A stretch of DNA of 64,000 nucleotides from Ruditapes philippinarum (lineage: Eukaryota): positions 248,001 to 312,000 of the forward strand of contig NW_026857083.1 of the NCBI RefSeq assembly GCF_026571515.1, read 5' to 3'. Positions 63,141 through 64,000 of this stretch are shown piece by piece. The first letter of the stretch is position 1, and every line of letters begins with the position of its first letter. Position numbers and translations under genes: made by a program. The notes under the pieces were generated by a model that saw nothing but the letters and a program-made list of their open reading frames with translations, had not been told where the DNA came from and ran no database searches.

Positions 63141-64000
63141 ATATCTTAATCTTATCTGAAAGTCAATGTCAATATTCACGATATAAATGTTTTTTATAAT
63201 AAAAAAATAAATGAGTCATTTTCATTATTATTCATGTTTTCATGGTAATTGACCTATAACTGATGATGAAAATGACTAGCACAAAATATAAAAAAAAAAT
63301 CCTAACTTATAAAAAGATTGAAATTTACCAATATATATAATACGATATTTATAGAAATTTCCGTGGATTACTTATTTCCTTTTTTCATAGTGAAATATTA
63401 TTTTAACAATGATGGGAAATTCCAAATTATTTTTAAAATTAACATGTACATTGCTCATCTACACCTGGATGAGCATAATAACTGCCACTTTAATCCGTGC
63501 AAGATATCAATGGTGGTGCAGAAGAAAGGTTAATTCAATTGTCCACTCAATAAACAACCGGGCAAGTGTCATCAGTTACATATCTATGATTGGATTATAA
63601 TAATACTTTAGTGGGATTAAGGCGTCATGCGGTCACCGTCATGATTACTATCAATTAAAGTGGATGCGAAAATGATATGACAACACGTGTTTGCACGTAG
63701 ACGTATTCATACTTTATTTTGTCTTATTCGTATACATGCATTTTTAAACATATATACAACTATTCACATAAAACCTACATAAGACCATTCCATTTAAGAA
63801 TTTCAAGAGACATTATAATAATGAGAAACACATTCAAGACCTATTAGTGTTAGATTAGAATCAAACAGTATAATTACAATATAATATATAAACAGAATAT
63901 TAAATGTTAGGTAACACCATCGTTAATCAAAAATTAAAAACTGCCCGAAAAAGACGATGTAAGAAATTGAGAACTGTACTTAAATCAGGGCCCTAACGCA

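Overview
AT-rich eukaryotic (animal) genomic DNA with spliceosomal introns. The repeat families (HINE/Helentron-like elements, a tRNA-derived SINE, palindromic MITEs) resemble those of bivalve molluscs; this taxon is inferred. Left half: the 5' end of PLRG1 (minus strand) lies head-to-head with a complete 21-coding-exon MCMDC2 gene (4197-28113, about 688 aa, all exon phases consistent). Intron 18 of MCMDC2 is 11 kb and holds an antisense spliced, broken gene (zinc-finger-like N-terminus, weak tyrosine-recombinase-like remnant), a CpG-retaining block with small unexplained ORFs, and a local cluster of Mutator-like MITEs. Right half: a co-oriented minus-strand cluster of three two-exon type-II GT32-like (DxD) glycosyltransferases encloses two tandem paralogues encoding secreted-type proteins, each with two 10-Cys prokineticin/astakine/colipase-like domains. 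One paralogue has GKR processing sites. The other has lost them, is strongly acidic, carries six N-glycosylation sequons against one, and has no visible signal exon of its own. Three minisatellites sit in the upstream regions of these two genes. This cluster is the best candidate for an undescribed system. All gene models were assembled by hand from splice signals and recalled homology; no database searches were run.
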